DNA from: Rebecca billardiae RCC1528 | Lineage: Eukaryota > Protista > Haptophyta | Length of the DNA stretch: 64,000 bases | Assembly (NCBI GenBank): GCA_965240325.2 | Contig: OZ251227.1 | Location: forward strand, 2,294,001 to 2,358,000 | Reading direction: 5' to 3' | Shown here: positions 48,091 through 60,989 of the stretch, piece by piece | Layout of the letters: every line of letters starts with the position of its first letter | Position numbering within the stretch: position 1 is the stretch's first letter | Program-made: the position numbers and the translations under genes | The notes under the pieces: model-generated | The model's input: the letters and a program-made list of their open reading frames with translations, nothing else | Database searches by the model: none | What the model was told of the DNA's origin: nothing

Positions 48091-49463
48091 ATGTCGTTGG
48101 GCCATCAGCATATGGGCCTTGAGTCGGCGGCGCTCGGCTTTGGGGCCAGCATGGGTCACGCGCAGTCCGCGCAGTTCCCAGCCCCGAGCAACTCGCAGCT
48201 CCCCGCGTGGAGCCTGGGCCAAGGCGGTCTCGGCGCGCAGCCGCCGCCGATGGACGCGCAGGTCGCGGCCAAGGTGCAGCTGGCAGCCTACTACAACGCG
48301 CTGTCACAGCAGCTTCCGGAGGCGTCGGGCATGACGTCGACGGGCGCGCTCGCGCCGCAGTCGTCGCACGCGCACGCGCACGCGCAGAACCTCAGCTTGC
48401 AGCAGCTGCTCGCGAGCGCGCAGCAGCACCAGCACTCGCACCAGCTGCAGCACCACCAGCAGGCGCAGATGATGCAGGGCGGGCTCTCGGGCCCGTCGGC
48501 GACGCAGGATCTGTCCTCGCTGCTCTGGTCCGGCCTCGCCGCGAACGGCGGGCACGGGCTCAACGCGAACCAGGCGGCCGCGGCCGCAGCCATGGCGACC
48601 AGCTTTGGCCTCCTCTCGGGCTCGGGCGGCATGCAGTCGTCGTCGCAGGCGCCGGGCCTCGGCGCGTACAACTCGTCCGTCCCCGCCGCCACGGCGACGC
48701 CGATGCCCTCGGACGCGCAGCCGCAGCTCTCCGTGCGCGCGGTCAAGGACGGGCAGAGCCAGGCCAAGCTTGACTCGAGCTCAAACGGCGGCACGCCGTT
48801 TGTCATCCCGCTCCCGATGATCACGGGCGGGCAGAAGCGCAAGGCGACCTCCTCCTCGGGCGCGCCCGCCGCGGCCGAGCCGCCCGCCGCCGCGCCTCGC
48901 GCTGCGGACGCGCCCGCGCACGACGGGCCGCCGCCGCGCCGCGTCGGCCGGAAGCCCAAGCTCGTCACGTTCGAGTCGATCGCGCAGCGGTTTGACCAGC
49001 CGATCGAGCGCGCCGCGCGCTCGCTCGGCGTGTGCACGACCGTCATCAAGAAGGTCTGCCGCGCGAACGGCGTGCAGCGGTGGCCGTACCGCAAGATCCA
49101 GTCGGTCGTCCGGCCGATCATGCAGCTCCAGCTGCGCGTCGCGCAGGGCATCGCCTCGCCGGACGAGATCGCCGAGCTGCAGCGGCTGGTGCGCGCCGCG
49201 ACGCGCGCCCGCGCGCGCCCGCCCCCCGCGCCGGCGCGTCCGCCGACTGCTCTAACTGGACGCCTCCCCGCCCGCGCTCGCGCTCTCGCAGACGCGCGCG
49301 CAGCAGAAGGCCGAATCGGACGACCCCAACTCGGTCGCGGGCGGCGACTCGTCGCGCGACGGCGAGTCGGAGGACGTGCCGGCGCTCGCGGTCGGCGGCG
49401 GCTCGCCGTCGCAGTCGACGCCGTCGCTCCACGTCGAGCTGCAGCTCCCGGCGCTGCCGCAGA

Positions 49464-49494
<31 letters not shown>

Positions 49495-49762
49495 CACGCA
49501 GTTCGACCTCGGCTTCAGCTCGCAGATGCCGTCGATCGCGTCGAGCCTCCCGCTCTCGCTCCAGGTCCAGTCGAAGCAGCAGCAGCACGCCGCGCACATG
49601 TCGGGCCTCACCTCGCTCGGCTACCAGCCCTCGGCGATGCAGGGCCAGTACGGCATGCTCAGCAACTCGCAGCTGTTGCAAGCACAGATGCTCCTGCAGC
49701 AGCAGCAGCAGCAGCAGCAGGCGGCGTACGGCGGCTTGCCGCGCGGCCTCGCGCTCGCATGA
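48091..49762 (+). CDS. RWP-RK domain transcription factor, paralogue 1 (intron 49189-49291)
   Basis: VTFESIAQRFDQPIERAARSLGVCTTVIKKVCRANGVQRWPYRKIQS; Gln-rich N- and C-terminal regions; the splice restores the frame into ORF 49376. Confidence 0.92.
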
Positions 49763-50839
49763 GCCGCCCGCCGCCGGCGGAGCCCGCCTCGCCACCTGCA
49801 CAACACCAACCGTCAACCACACTCCACTCCGGGGCGCCGCGCGCCTGGCGATGGTCCCTCCTGGGCCTCCCAGCGCCCCCCGCCCCCGCGACGGCGGCCC
49901 CCCGGCCGCCGCTCGCCCCAAAACCAGCAGCTCACGTCGTCCCTCGGGCCTCCATGCCCTCGCCTCGACGACGTCCGCCGTTGCGCACACCCTGTCGCAC
50001 TCCTCCCGTGCCCACCCTGGCACGCCGCATGCGGCGCCAGCTGTCGGCTCCGCTGCTCATTCCGCCCATTGAGCAGCCCAGCCGCACGCTGTCCGCGCCC
50101 TCCCCCACTCGTCTCTCCATCTCGCTCTCACCGTGGCCGACGCGCACTCGTCGCCACGCGTGTGCCCCGCACATCGCGCTCGAGGCTTCCGCCCGTGTGT
50201 GGCTCGCTCGAGACGTGCCCGACGCAGACTCCGTGTCTGCTCGCGTCACGCTCGCGCCCCCGCACATGCCCGGATGCCCGTCGCACCCGTTGCCGCCGCC
50301 TGAGCACCTGAGCCTGGCTCGCCTGCGTCAGGCGCGCGTTGCCCGCACGCCCGCGCCCGCCCACCGCCTCTGCCGCCCTCGAGCCCGCCACTCCACCCGC
50401 GTGGACCACGCCCTCCGATGAGGGCGGGCTCCCACGTGGCCGAGTGTGCACTCTAGGACGCCAGCCGGTGCGCGCCCGCGGCCGTGCCCATGCACGCGCG
50501 CCAGTGGCTGCTCCGCCAGCCCGACGCCCCGAGCCTCTCTCAGGACGCCAGCGGCCCACCCGTCCGCAAGGACACACGTGGACACTGTGCTGACTGTCGA
50601 CCCGTCGGCGGCTGGTCCCACCGTCGTTCCCATCGGGGCACGGCTCGCTTCTCGAGTCGTCGCCCCGCGCCCGAACGCGGTCTCGACCTCAGCCGCCCGA
50701 CATCCATTCTGCCAGCCAGCTCAGTTCCACGACGCTTCTGCGACTCCGCGCGCCGCCGCGCGGAGTCGCAGGCACAGGGGCACACGCACGGAATGACGTG
50801 TGCCAGCCTGACGCATGTTCACTACGACGCGATCGCGGT

Positions 50840-50932
50840 AATGAATTTATTTTAAAATAATAATAATTATTATTATTATATAATAATAATAATTCATTTT
50901 AAAATAATATATATATTATTTATAATATTTTT
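50840..50932. repeat. Near-pure AT island with (AAT)n/(ATT)n
   Basis: About 90 bp almost free of G/C; a similar island lies at ~51453-51510. Confidence 0.85.
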
Positions 50933-53900
50933 GACGGAATCGAAGGTGCGCGGCGCGGCGGCGACGCGTACTAGTAGTTATCACGTGACGTACGTCTACG
51001 ACCGCGCCTCATCCTCATCCAGATTCCAGGCGCCCACGCGGGCGCACGCGGGTACGACCGACGGGGCCCCGCGGTCGTGCCGCCCGTGCCGGCAGCTGCT
51101 CGCCGCCGTAGCTCACGGGTCGGCGCGGGCGGCGACCGATCCGGACAATACGAGTACGACCTCACCCTCGAGTAACATCCAACAGAGTGCAAGACCACTG
51201 AGCCTGCTCCGCGGAAGGCGCTCGGCCGCGGCGGCATAGTCTGCCGTCGCCGCCGCGTGCCCCTGGCCGACGCGGGCCGCGGTGCTCCCGAATCCGACGG
51301 CCCCGCTTCCTCAGGGGGGCAGGGCTGCGGGTGGCGCACTGCCTGACCTGGTCGGAAGCCGGAAGGCGCGGACGCATTCTATGTGTAGACCTGCTGCTGC
51401 ACTCTGAGCCTGACGGCGACGCTAGAGTGCCCGTTGCCGATACCACGTTACGTTAAATATATATATGCTGATTATAATATACGTTTTAATAATAATAATA
51501 ATAAATATACTCAGTATCACTAGTACGACTAGGGTCTAGCTAGGCTGCTCGGCTGCATTGCGCGGCGGGCGCTGAAATCAGTCTGAGCTGTCAGGTTAAT
51601 ATATATCAGTAACAGCGCGATATATATATATATGATGGCGCTTTATTTAACGGAAACTGGGGCTTACTAGTTACTGGCCGCCTCCGGCCTCCGGGCTCCG
51701 CGGGCCACCATCTGACGGCCTAGAAACCGAGCCACTGGCGGCGATTCCTAAGGCTCTGGTTCGGTGTTCGGCTGCCGAGTAACGTTGACGCCCGCCGCCC
51801 ACGCACAGTCCCTGCTTTGTACAAGCCGCCGAGACTCTTTCTACGTCCAAGGTAGCCCGTTGCCGGCAGGCCGGTAGCGTGGGCCGACCCGCGCGGGCCC
51901 GCGTGGCACTGGCAGCCGCTCGGGCGCGCGCGGTGCCGGCGCGCGCGCGGCCTAGCCTGCTGAACTCCAACTGTCTCGACTCTCGTCATCAGCGCGCTTC
52001 TCACCACTGGCAGTGCGCCGGCATCATGCAGCAACACAAGTGCCAGATTATTGCTCCCAAAGTGCCGAAAACATTTCTTCGGCCTTCGCCCGGCCGGGCC
52101 TACTTAAAGACTCAGCGGGGGGCTTAATTTCCCCCCTGCGCCCCCCGCGCCTGCGCGGCGGCCGCCGGCCGGGCGGACCTAGCTAAGAAAACATTCACTG
52201 CTGAGACACCGTAGGCGCTCGGGCTACCGAATGGCGAATGTCTAAGAGACTAGCCGTGGGATCTCTGACTACTTCTTATTGCCCGCGATTGTACAGTCTG
52301 TAATCATCATGGGAGGACGGCCTCCGAATTCATTGGCACTCATCGATATAATGTGATATAGATATGATAGATTGAGCGTTCCGAGTAGTAGAAAATATGG
52401 AGTAAGCACACTATAATTTCTGACTTACTACTTAGTTGTTACACTGGCGGTTAGCAGTTTCAAGACGACAACAGACAGCACGCTGCCACGACCGGCCCGC
52501 GCTTCCGGGCCGCGCCGCGCGGCGCCGCGCGCTCGGCCCGCTCGCTCGGTGGCACTGGCAGACGGCAGAGCGGCGGCGGCCGCCGTGCGACACTGCGACT
52601 GCCACGAGGTCGCGCCCGAATGCCGCAGCCCACGCCCGCGGCGCCGCGGGTAGTCTTCAACAACCACTGCTCCTAAGCATTATTACAAGCTACTAGAACA
52701 TGTTATCCAATTTGACCAATAATTCGCCTAATGACGGCAAGTTTATTCAATCAGCATTATTACATTCCGGATTAGCTAGGCTTGCGCCGCAGCCCGCACC
52801 CAGTCCCGCGCGTGCATGGGGTCTCCGACGGTCTGGGGGTCTGCCCGCCAGCTGACCAACTAACAAGGTTGTCCTAAAACCAGTCGTGACAGACGGCAGT
52901 GGACGTCGCTCCCTGCAGCACTCAGCTGGCGGGCGAGCTGGTAAGCGTCTCCGCTCGCCTCGGCTGGTGCCACGGGGCGGAGATGGCAGCGCTCGCCCAT
53001 GAACGTTAGTAGGCGGGACCGTGGATCCAGTGACTGCACGTGGCACCAGCGATCAACGCCAACATCCGCACCCTGCGCCTGCGGGCTGCGGGCGCGCGGC
53101 TGCATGCGACGTCGTGTTTGCGCACGCCCGTGCAGTACTGCAGTACCCTGCGTCTTCCTAAGAATCACTTGCTTGTTCTCGCCTTTGCTGGCGGTGCTAG
53201 CGGAGCCCAGCGACTCCGTACGTAATCTCATTATTCCGATGATAGTGATGCTGAGCGCCCGAGCCATCCCCGTGCTGAAACACGGACGGCAGCTCTTGTT
53301 TCCAAGCGACAGAGAAGGCAGGCGCTTCTGTGATGCGGAGTGATGCCACCAGCTGCGATGAGGTTTCAGTCGGGGATACCGAGCCCCGCGCTAGGCGCTC
53401 GGCAGTCCGTAGTGAGCGCAGCCGCCATTGGGCGCCTGCCAACAAGTTCTGCCAGCAGTAGCTGCGCCGAATATTAGTGTGACACATGCAGTTGTCGGCG
53501 CCACAACCGCGAAGGCCATGCAGCAGCAGTGCGCATGGGCATCTCGCGCTGTGCACGACGCAACGCTACGGTTGCAGGTGGCTTTTGTCGCATGTACATC
53601 GACGAATGATGGAACGTGAACTGCCCGCGGCTGCATGCGTCGCCTCGGCTGTGTCACAAGGCGCTCCTGACTTGCGCGAGCACTGCAGGTCGTGCTACAG
53701 TACGCAGATCGCAGATATGTCGCACTCGATTGCGTCTGTGATGGTGCAGTGTATCAGAAATGAACAAGGCGGTGACTGCAGAGGCGCCGCTGCTGCACAT
53801 GGCGCTCGCAGCAGCTCGCGCAGGCGCCCGAGCGCTGCCTGTGGCTGATGGAGTTGAAGGAAGCATCCATCGCTCATTCCCGCCCGATTTTGCTCAGCGT

Positions 53901-54945
53901 GGCCGTCCGGCCCCCGGAAGGCACCGTTTGGGGCTTTGGGCTGATCCGGAGGCTCCACCGCCACCCCGCCAGGTCAGTCCTGCAGTCCAGGAATCTGACG
54001 AAATTCGGCCGGCTGGCGCCTGGCGGCTGCCTGGCAAGTCGAGATGAAAGTGGCGACTGGCGAGTGGCGGAAGCCAGGACTGGCGCCGGAGGGGAGTGGC
54101 GCTTGGGCCAAAGAAACTGTTGGGCAGCGCTTGGGGGCGGTCGGGGGCCGGGGCGCGCGAGCGCAGTGACCCTGACCGCCACCTCGCGGCGGGACGCTCG
54201 GGGCGCGTACAGGGTGGGTTCGCGCGGCCGCTTGGGTCCCCGCCGAGCTCGGGCTGGCGTGGTCTCTCGGCTTATCGATGGCCTCGTGCGCCGCAGCGCG
54301 CCACAGGACATTGCCGCCGGACGTGGCTCGTGAGTGTCTTCAACGTCTCGGTGAGCTGTCGATAACTGTTGACACCACATATGTCCGTTCAACGAAGGGC
54401 TATCGTCGCGACGCTGCGACTCTTGAAGACTAGCCGAGCGCTGTATATATAAAAGCAGGCATACGCCACTGCGCGAAGTGCCGGCTACCATATGGGCCTG
54501 CTTGTGCTTCTCGGATGCGGCGAGTGACCGATCGCCCCGTCCGAGGCACGGTAGTAGTTGTCAGTGGCATCAAGCTCAAGACTACTCGAAGCAGTAAGCA
54601 CGAGCCGGAACTCTCAACATGATGAATGCGTGACAGTCTACACCGTTGCTGGTCCGTCAGTGCCGGGCCGGCGCCACGAATCATACGACGTCCGTTGAGT
54701 CTGCCTCGGCATCATATATTAGTATTACGCCATTTGAACGGGCGCTCACTAGTCCGTGTCGAGGAGTCACTGGAGCCTTACACGGCGCGAGCTCACCCCG
54801 AGGGCGTTCCCGGGGCCCTGCCACACTCTGGTCCGAAACGGGAAAGGCCCTGGCGCTGCGGGGCTTACTGTATCCCTCCGGACTGGCGCTGCGCCAGTGG
54901 AGGCCGCCAACCCGCGGACCGTGCGGACCGCGGCCGCGCGCACCA

Positions 54946-55860
54946 GCGCTCGGCGCGCGCGCGACGGGGGGCGCTGCGGCCGTCAAGTTGCCGTGAGGAG
55001 GCGGCGCGTTGCGTGCGCGGCGTTGGGACGCTGCCATGCTTCGCATTGCGCCCCGTAGCTTGCTCATCGTCGTCTTTGCCGCGCCTACGATCGGCGCGCA
55101 TGCGAGCGTCGCCTCGACAGGAGCAGCCCGCGCCAGCCCCAGCCGTGCGCGCACGCCTGGCGCGCGATCCGATCAACTCTGGGCACGAGCTGCGGCTGAG
55201 CGAGGAAGCATGTACCTGCGCGCGCGCCGCTGCGGCTTGAGCCACCGATCGTCAGCATGGCATGCACCTCGCACGCAACGATTCTCCTTGCCGTTGCGAA
55301 TGGCCCGAGCCGACTCGGCCTTGTGACCGGACTAGTGGCTCGCCAGAGCAAATACTCGAACATGGCATGACGATAGCCACGTGCGCAGGCGTAGCACGGT
55401 TGCATGCAAGTGCGCATACGGTGCTGCGCCCACGCACAACCCCAACACTCCGATTCATCTCTTCAGGGCGCTCACAGTCTGCTGCTTCATCTCCACTGCA
55501 TGGAAGGCTCGTGCTCGGCACTCGTCAACAGCCGCCTGAAGCTGCCTCAAAACGCACGATCGGTGGCTCAAGGCGGCGCGGCTTGCGCTCAGGTGCATGC
55601 TGCCTCGCTCGGCCGCAGCTCGTGCCCCGAGTTGAACGCATCGCGCGCCAGGCGGGCGCTCACGGCGGGGCCGGCGCGGGCTGCTCATGTCGAGGCGACG
55701 ATCGCACGTGCGCCGATCGTAGGCGCGGCAAAGTCGACGAGGAGCAAGCTGCGGGGCGCAGAGCGAAGTATGGCAGCGTTCCAATGCCACGTAGGCAACG
55801 CGCCGCCTTCGCACGGCAACTCGACGCTAACCCTAACCCGCGCCGCGCGCGCGCCAAGCG
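54946..55860. repeat. Degenerate long inverted repeat (arms ~54946-55252 and ~55556-55860), possible old foldback element
   Basis: For example CTTTGCCGCGCCTACGATCGGCGC versus GCGCCGATCGTAGGCGCGGCAAAG, and CTTGAGCCACCGATCGT versus ACGATCGGTGGCTCAAG. Confidence 0.8.
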
Positions 55861-56520
55861 CCATCGTCGAACGCTTCCATTTTCCCACCGCCACGTTTTT
55901 TTCGTGCGTGACCTTTTTGGGGCGTGTGTGTAGTGTGGGTCCGGAACGCGCCGAGAAGGGGTCATTAGCGAGTAAGGGAGAGTAACCTTCTATTTACCGC
56001 TTCCGCAGCGCTTTCCAATCATTCGCTGCGGGCCGATCAAAGGGGAACCGGAGTAGGCGGCTTCAAGAGAAGCCCGCCAAGCTCCAGTGCTTTTGTTAAA
56101 AGCTTCTCGGCAGCGCGAGGACGGTTGAGAAGCTTGCGCGAGAATCGCTCACCCTGCACGACCTTCGGCGGGACGACTGGCCGTGGTTACAATTTTACCC
56201 GAGCGCACATAGCATCTGGCGCTGCGGCGAAGCCAAGTTTGAGTGGTTTTCATCAAGTCCGCGGCCTCCGCGGGCAAGGCAGGGGTCCGGGCTCATTAGA
56301 AGGTCATCAAGCCGTGATTCGTTGTGGGTGATGAAAGGTGGTGAACAGCAGTGATGTCACGGAACCTTTCACAAGGAATCAAGCACGATGATTATACGAA
56401 CCGAGTGCCTGATTCGTCAGCGTTCGCGCAGGCCAGAATCCCTCCTCGCTCAGACCGGCACAAACCTCGCCGCCACTACCGCCCGAACACACTCCCGGCG
56501 CAACTCCCGAAGGGCCCACC

Positions 56521-58328
56521 ATGTCGTGGGGCCATCAGCACATGGGGCTCGAATCAGCCTCCCGCGAGTTCGGCTCTGGCGTGGGCCATCCGCAGCCCGC
56601 GCAAGCGCCCCCCCTCAACTCGTCGTGGCTTCCCACGTGGAACCTCGGCCAAGGCGACCGCACAGCGCAGCCGCCGCCGCCCCCGATGGATGCTCGGGTC
56701 GCGGCCAAGATGGAGCTGGCAGCCTACTACGATGCGCTGTCGCAGCAGCTGCCGGATGCGTCTGGCATGACGTCGACCGGAGCGCCCGCGCCGCAGGCGC
56801 AGTCGCACGGGCTCGCGCACACCTCGAGCCTGAGCTTGCAGCAGCTGCTCGCGAGCATGCAGCAGCAGCAGCACCCGCAGCACCAACCGCAGCAGCAGCT
56901 GCTGTCGCACCAGCTGCAGCACCACTACCAGCAGCCGTCGCAGATGCTGCAGAGCGGGCTGACTGGCCAGTCGGCGACGCAGGATCTGTCCTCGCTGCTC
57001 TGGTCCGGCCTCGGCTCCAAAAACGGCTACTGGCCGAACCCCAACTTCCCGGCCGCGGCCGCGGCCGCGCCCGCTGCGGTCGGCGGCGGTCACGGCTTCG
57101 GCCTCCTCGCGGGGTCAGGCGGCATGCCTGCGTCGACGCAGGCGCCGGGCCTCGGCGCGTATCCGACCGCGCCACCCACCGCCACGGCGACGCCGCTGCT
57201 CTCCGACGCGCAGCCGCAGCTCTCGGTGCGCGCGGTCAAGTCCGACGGGCAGAGCTCGTCGCAGGCCAAGCCCGACTCGAGCTCGAACGGCGGCACGACG
57301 TTCGTCATCCCGCTCCCGATGATCACGACCGGGCAGGAGCGCAAGGCGGGGTCGACCGACGCGCCCGCCGCTGCCGAGCCGCCCGCCACCGCCGCATCGC
57401 GCGGCGCCGACGACGGCCCGCCGCCGCGCCGCGTCGGCCGGAAGCCCAAGCTCGTCACGTTCGAGTCGATCGCGCAGCGGTTTGACCAGCCGATCGAGCG
57501 CGCCGCGCGCTCGCTCGGCGTGTGCACGACCGTCATCAAGAAGGTCTGTCGCGCGAACGGCGTGCAGCGGTGGCCGTACCGCAAGATCCAGTCGGTCGTC
57601 CGGCCGATCATGCAGCTCCAGCTGCGCGTCGCGCAGGGCATCGCCTCGCCGGACGAGATCGCCGAGCTGCAGCGGCTGGTGCGCGCCGCGACGCGCTTCC
57701 CGCGCCGCACCCCGCCCGCGCGCGCACGCCACGCATGCGCCTCACCGGCCGCGCCCCCTTCCCGCCTCGCTCGCGACGCACGCAGACGCGCGCACAGCAA
57801 CGAGAGCAGCAGCAGGGTGGCGGCTCGGATGCGGACCCGAACGAGCGCGCGAGCGGCGGCGGCGGCGACTCGCGCGACGGCGGCGACTCGGAGGGCGACG
57901 CGCCATCCCTGCCGGGTGGCAAGGGCTCTCCTGGCCCATCCGGCCCGTCGCTCCACGTCGAGCTGCAGCTGCCGGCGATCCCGCAGATGACGCAGCCGCG
58001 CGTCGAGCCGCAGGTCGTACCGCAGTTCCCGCCGATGCCGGCGATCGCGTCGAGCATCCCCCTCGCCGACCCGTTGGCAGCCGCGCGACAGTACGGAGGA
58101 GCACACATGCCTGTGTCGGCGCCCGTGTCGCTCGGCTACCAGCAGCCGTCCTCGCAGGGGCAGTACTCGCCGCTGAGCAGCGCGCAATGGGCGCAGCTGC
58201 AGGCGCTGATCGCGCAGCAGCAGCAGCAGCAGCACCACCACCACCACCACCACACGCAGCAGCAGCCGCAGCCGCAGCCGAGCGCGTACGACTACTATGG
58301 GCTGCCGCGCGCGCTCTCGTTCAGCTAA
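56521..58328 (+). CDS. RWP-RK domain transcription factor, paralogue 2 (intron 57679-57785)
   Basis: Same RWP-RK domain and intron position as 48091-49762; the splice joins into ORF 57522; Gln/His-rich tail. Confidence 0.92.
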
Positions 58329-59381
58329 GCCGGCCGCGCTCCCGACCACGCCCAAGCCGACGTCGCCGTGGCGGCGATGGCACGCCGCGCGCCTCGGAAG
58401 ACTGCTTCGACCTTCCAGCGCGCACGCCGTCGAGCTGGCGGCACCCACCCGCCGCCCGCTCGAGCGTGCTCGAGGCATCCGCCCGTGGGTGGCTCACGAG
58501 GGCTTGCGACGCGGACCCCTCCGGTCCGCGGCGCGAGCCCTCGCGCTCCCACACACGCCCGGATGTCCAGCGCACCGGCGCTGCCAACGCTGCTGCCTCG
58601 CTCCCCCCTAGCGTTGGGCAGCATATCGTGCTCTTTCAATCTCCTCCCCACACCGCCTGAGCCGTCAGAGCCTGGCCCTGTCTCCCCGGTTCGGCACGCC
58701 ACGATTCGGCGGCCACTCCGCCGTCGACGCGTAGGCGGTCTGCGATGACTCGCAGCCTGGCACTCCCCCTGCATGGGATCGCGGCCCCGAGGGTCGGCTC
58801 CCATGTGGCCGGAATGCGAGGATGTTGAACGCGCGAGAATCGCGTCATCGCAAGTGTTAGCTAGCTGCGGAGTAGATCTAGTAGTGAGTGACTCCTCGGC
58901 GAGGACTGACCGGCTAGCCGGCAGTCGAGTGAAGCCCTTGTCGCAGCCAGGGCAAGGCCAAAGCCGGCGGTTGTCAGTGGCCTCTCGAAAACACCATCAT
59001 CACGTAAAAACACCGCGAAGATGATGGAATCGCCGATTTTCCCGGGCGCTCTTGATCATCGTCGTGGTCATCAGGCGAAGCGTGCCCAAGCATTTGACGT
59101 GGATTCTTTTTTCATAGAATACATATTGAGCTCGTCATCCGATTGGTGAGAGATGCTCAGGAATCAGAAGTGATGAAATACTCATGAAAAAGCCGCGAGA
59201 AAGTTGAAAACGATTGGTTGATGATGATAGGTGCGGTTAAAGGGAATCAGGGTAGGAAAAGCGGTATACAGAGGTCCTGCTGCTAGGCGCTAGCCCGCTT
59301 CCCCCCGAGTTACCCACCTTGGTTAGACACTCCCTTGGTTAGACTGAAGGTGCACGAGAATCTAAGTCAGCGTACAGTTTA

Positions 59382-60008
59382 TTACCGATTTCAGGCACCC
59401 GTGGAAGTCAATCGTCGAAGTCAGAATCAGTTCGGATCAGTTCTGCTTTGGTCCTTCATCCGAATCGATCGCGATCGAAGGGGGTCGCTTGCGATCGATT
59501 GTGATTGGCCAGATCAGTTCGCCGATCCAATCTCGATCCGAACTGAGTTGAACAGCTCATCATTCTGATTTGATCTCGATCGATCGGCGAACCTCGATTG
59601 ATTGGGATCGATCGAGTTTGAGATCGAAACGATCGATTTACGAAACGCGTTCAGCGAATCGATCGACACCTCATCATGACGCCTATGTATCACTTACAAA
59701 GTTGCGACCGATTTAGCTGGTATCAGTCATCACAAAAGGCGAGCCATCGATTTGCTTCTTCATGATCGATTACGATTGATCACGATCGTTTGTGAATCGG
59801 AGTAGATGATCGATCGCGATCGAACGCATCCGTTTTGTCGATCGAAGCCAATCGAATCGTGATTGTGATCGGGTTCGCGATCGGCAAATCGATTCGCGAT
59901 CGAACTCGTGATCCACAAACACGATCGATCTCGATCGATCTGATCGGCACGATCGAAGAGGGTCAAAGTGAATCGTGATTGACTTCCACGGGTGCCTGAA
60001 ATCGGTAA
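59382..60008 (+). mobile_element. MITE A (627 bp), 32-bp TIR TTACCGATTTCAGGCACCCGTGGAAGTCAATC, TA flanks, GATC-rich
   Basis: Perfect TIRs at both ends; TA at 59380-81 and 60009-10. Confidence 0.9.
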
Positions 60009-60215
60009 TATTACCGATTTCAGGCACCCGTGGAAGTCAATCACGATTCACTTTGACCCTCTTCGATCGTGCCGATCAGATCGATCGAGATCGATCGTGT
60101 TTGTGGATCACGAGTTCGATCGCGAATCGATTTGCCGATCGCGAACCCGATCACAATCACGATTCGGGCAAATATTTTGGGTTTAGGCTAATTTGCGGGG
60201 ATAAGGATGGCGTCA

Positions 60216-60587
60216 GAGGGGGAGAAGGGGGAGAGAAGGGGGAGAGAGGGGGGAGAAGGAGGAGGAGGAGGGGAGAAGGAGGAGAGAGGAGGGGAGAGGG
60301 AGGGAGAGGGAGGGGAGAGGAGGGGAGAGGGGAGAGGAGGGGAGAGGGAGGGGAGAGGGAGGGGAGAGGAGGGGAGAGGGAGGGGAGAGGGAGGGGAGAG
60401 GGAGAGGGAGGGGAGAGGGAGGGGAGAGGGAGAGGGAGGGGAGAGGGAGGGGAGAGGAGGGGAGAGGGAGGGGAGAGGGAGGGGAGAGGAGGGGAGAGGG
60501 AGGGGAGAGGGAGGGGAGAGGGAGGGGAGAGGGAGGGAAGGGAGGGAAGGGAGAGGGAGGGGAGAGGGAGAGGAGAGGGAAGGAGGG
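60216..60587 (+). repeat. Polypurine minisatellite, (GGGGAGAGGGA)n-like
   Basis: About 370 bp composed only of G and A. Confidence 0.95.
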
Positions 60588-60989
60588 CACATGTCAGAGA
60601 GAAGACAGTGCGCATGCTGCCGCGCAAACGCGGCGGATGGTTGGTGCGCTGCGCTGCGCGAGCGTGCTCGCACCATGCTCAAGTCTGGAGTACGTATGGG
60701 CAGGATCGTCGTTGCGCGCCGAGTAGGTTGCAGCGTCTGCAGGTAGAGAGGGCGTGCTGCACGACTGCCACTTGCGCCCCTGCGCCATGTAGATGGAGAG
60801 CACCTGCCTGCGCCCACCTGCACGGCAGCACAGGACACAAACACGCGGTGCACACGGCGCGCACACACGGCACGGCAGGGTGGTGCTCTCGCGCGCACCT
60901 GCGTTCGGGAAGCGTGGTGGCACGGGGAGAGCGGATCGATGCACCTCAGTTCACGCGCGCCGAGCTCTGCCCACGCCGCCGCAGCCCGC

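Noticed and set aside
52750-54400. Protein-coding genes between the RWP-RK paralogues
   Set aside because: Only short ORFs without motifs or the host codon pattern; weak internal repeats (CGCGGCTGCATGCG at ~53095 and ~53626) suggest decayed repeat DNA.
59382-60008. Cyanobacterial HIP1-rich contaminant or horizontally transferred fragment
   Set aside because: The enrichment is of GATC/CGATCG rather than GCGATCGC and is confined within TIR-bounded MITEs.
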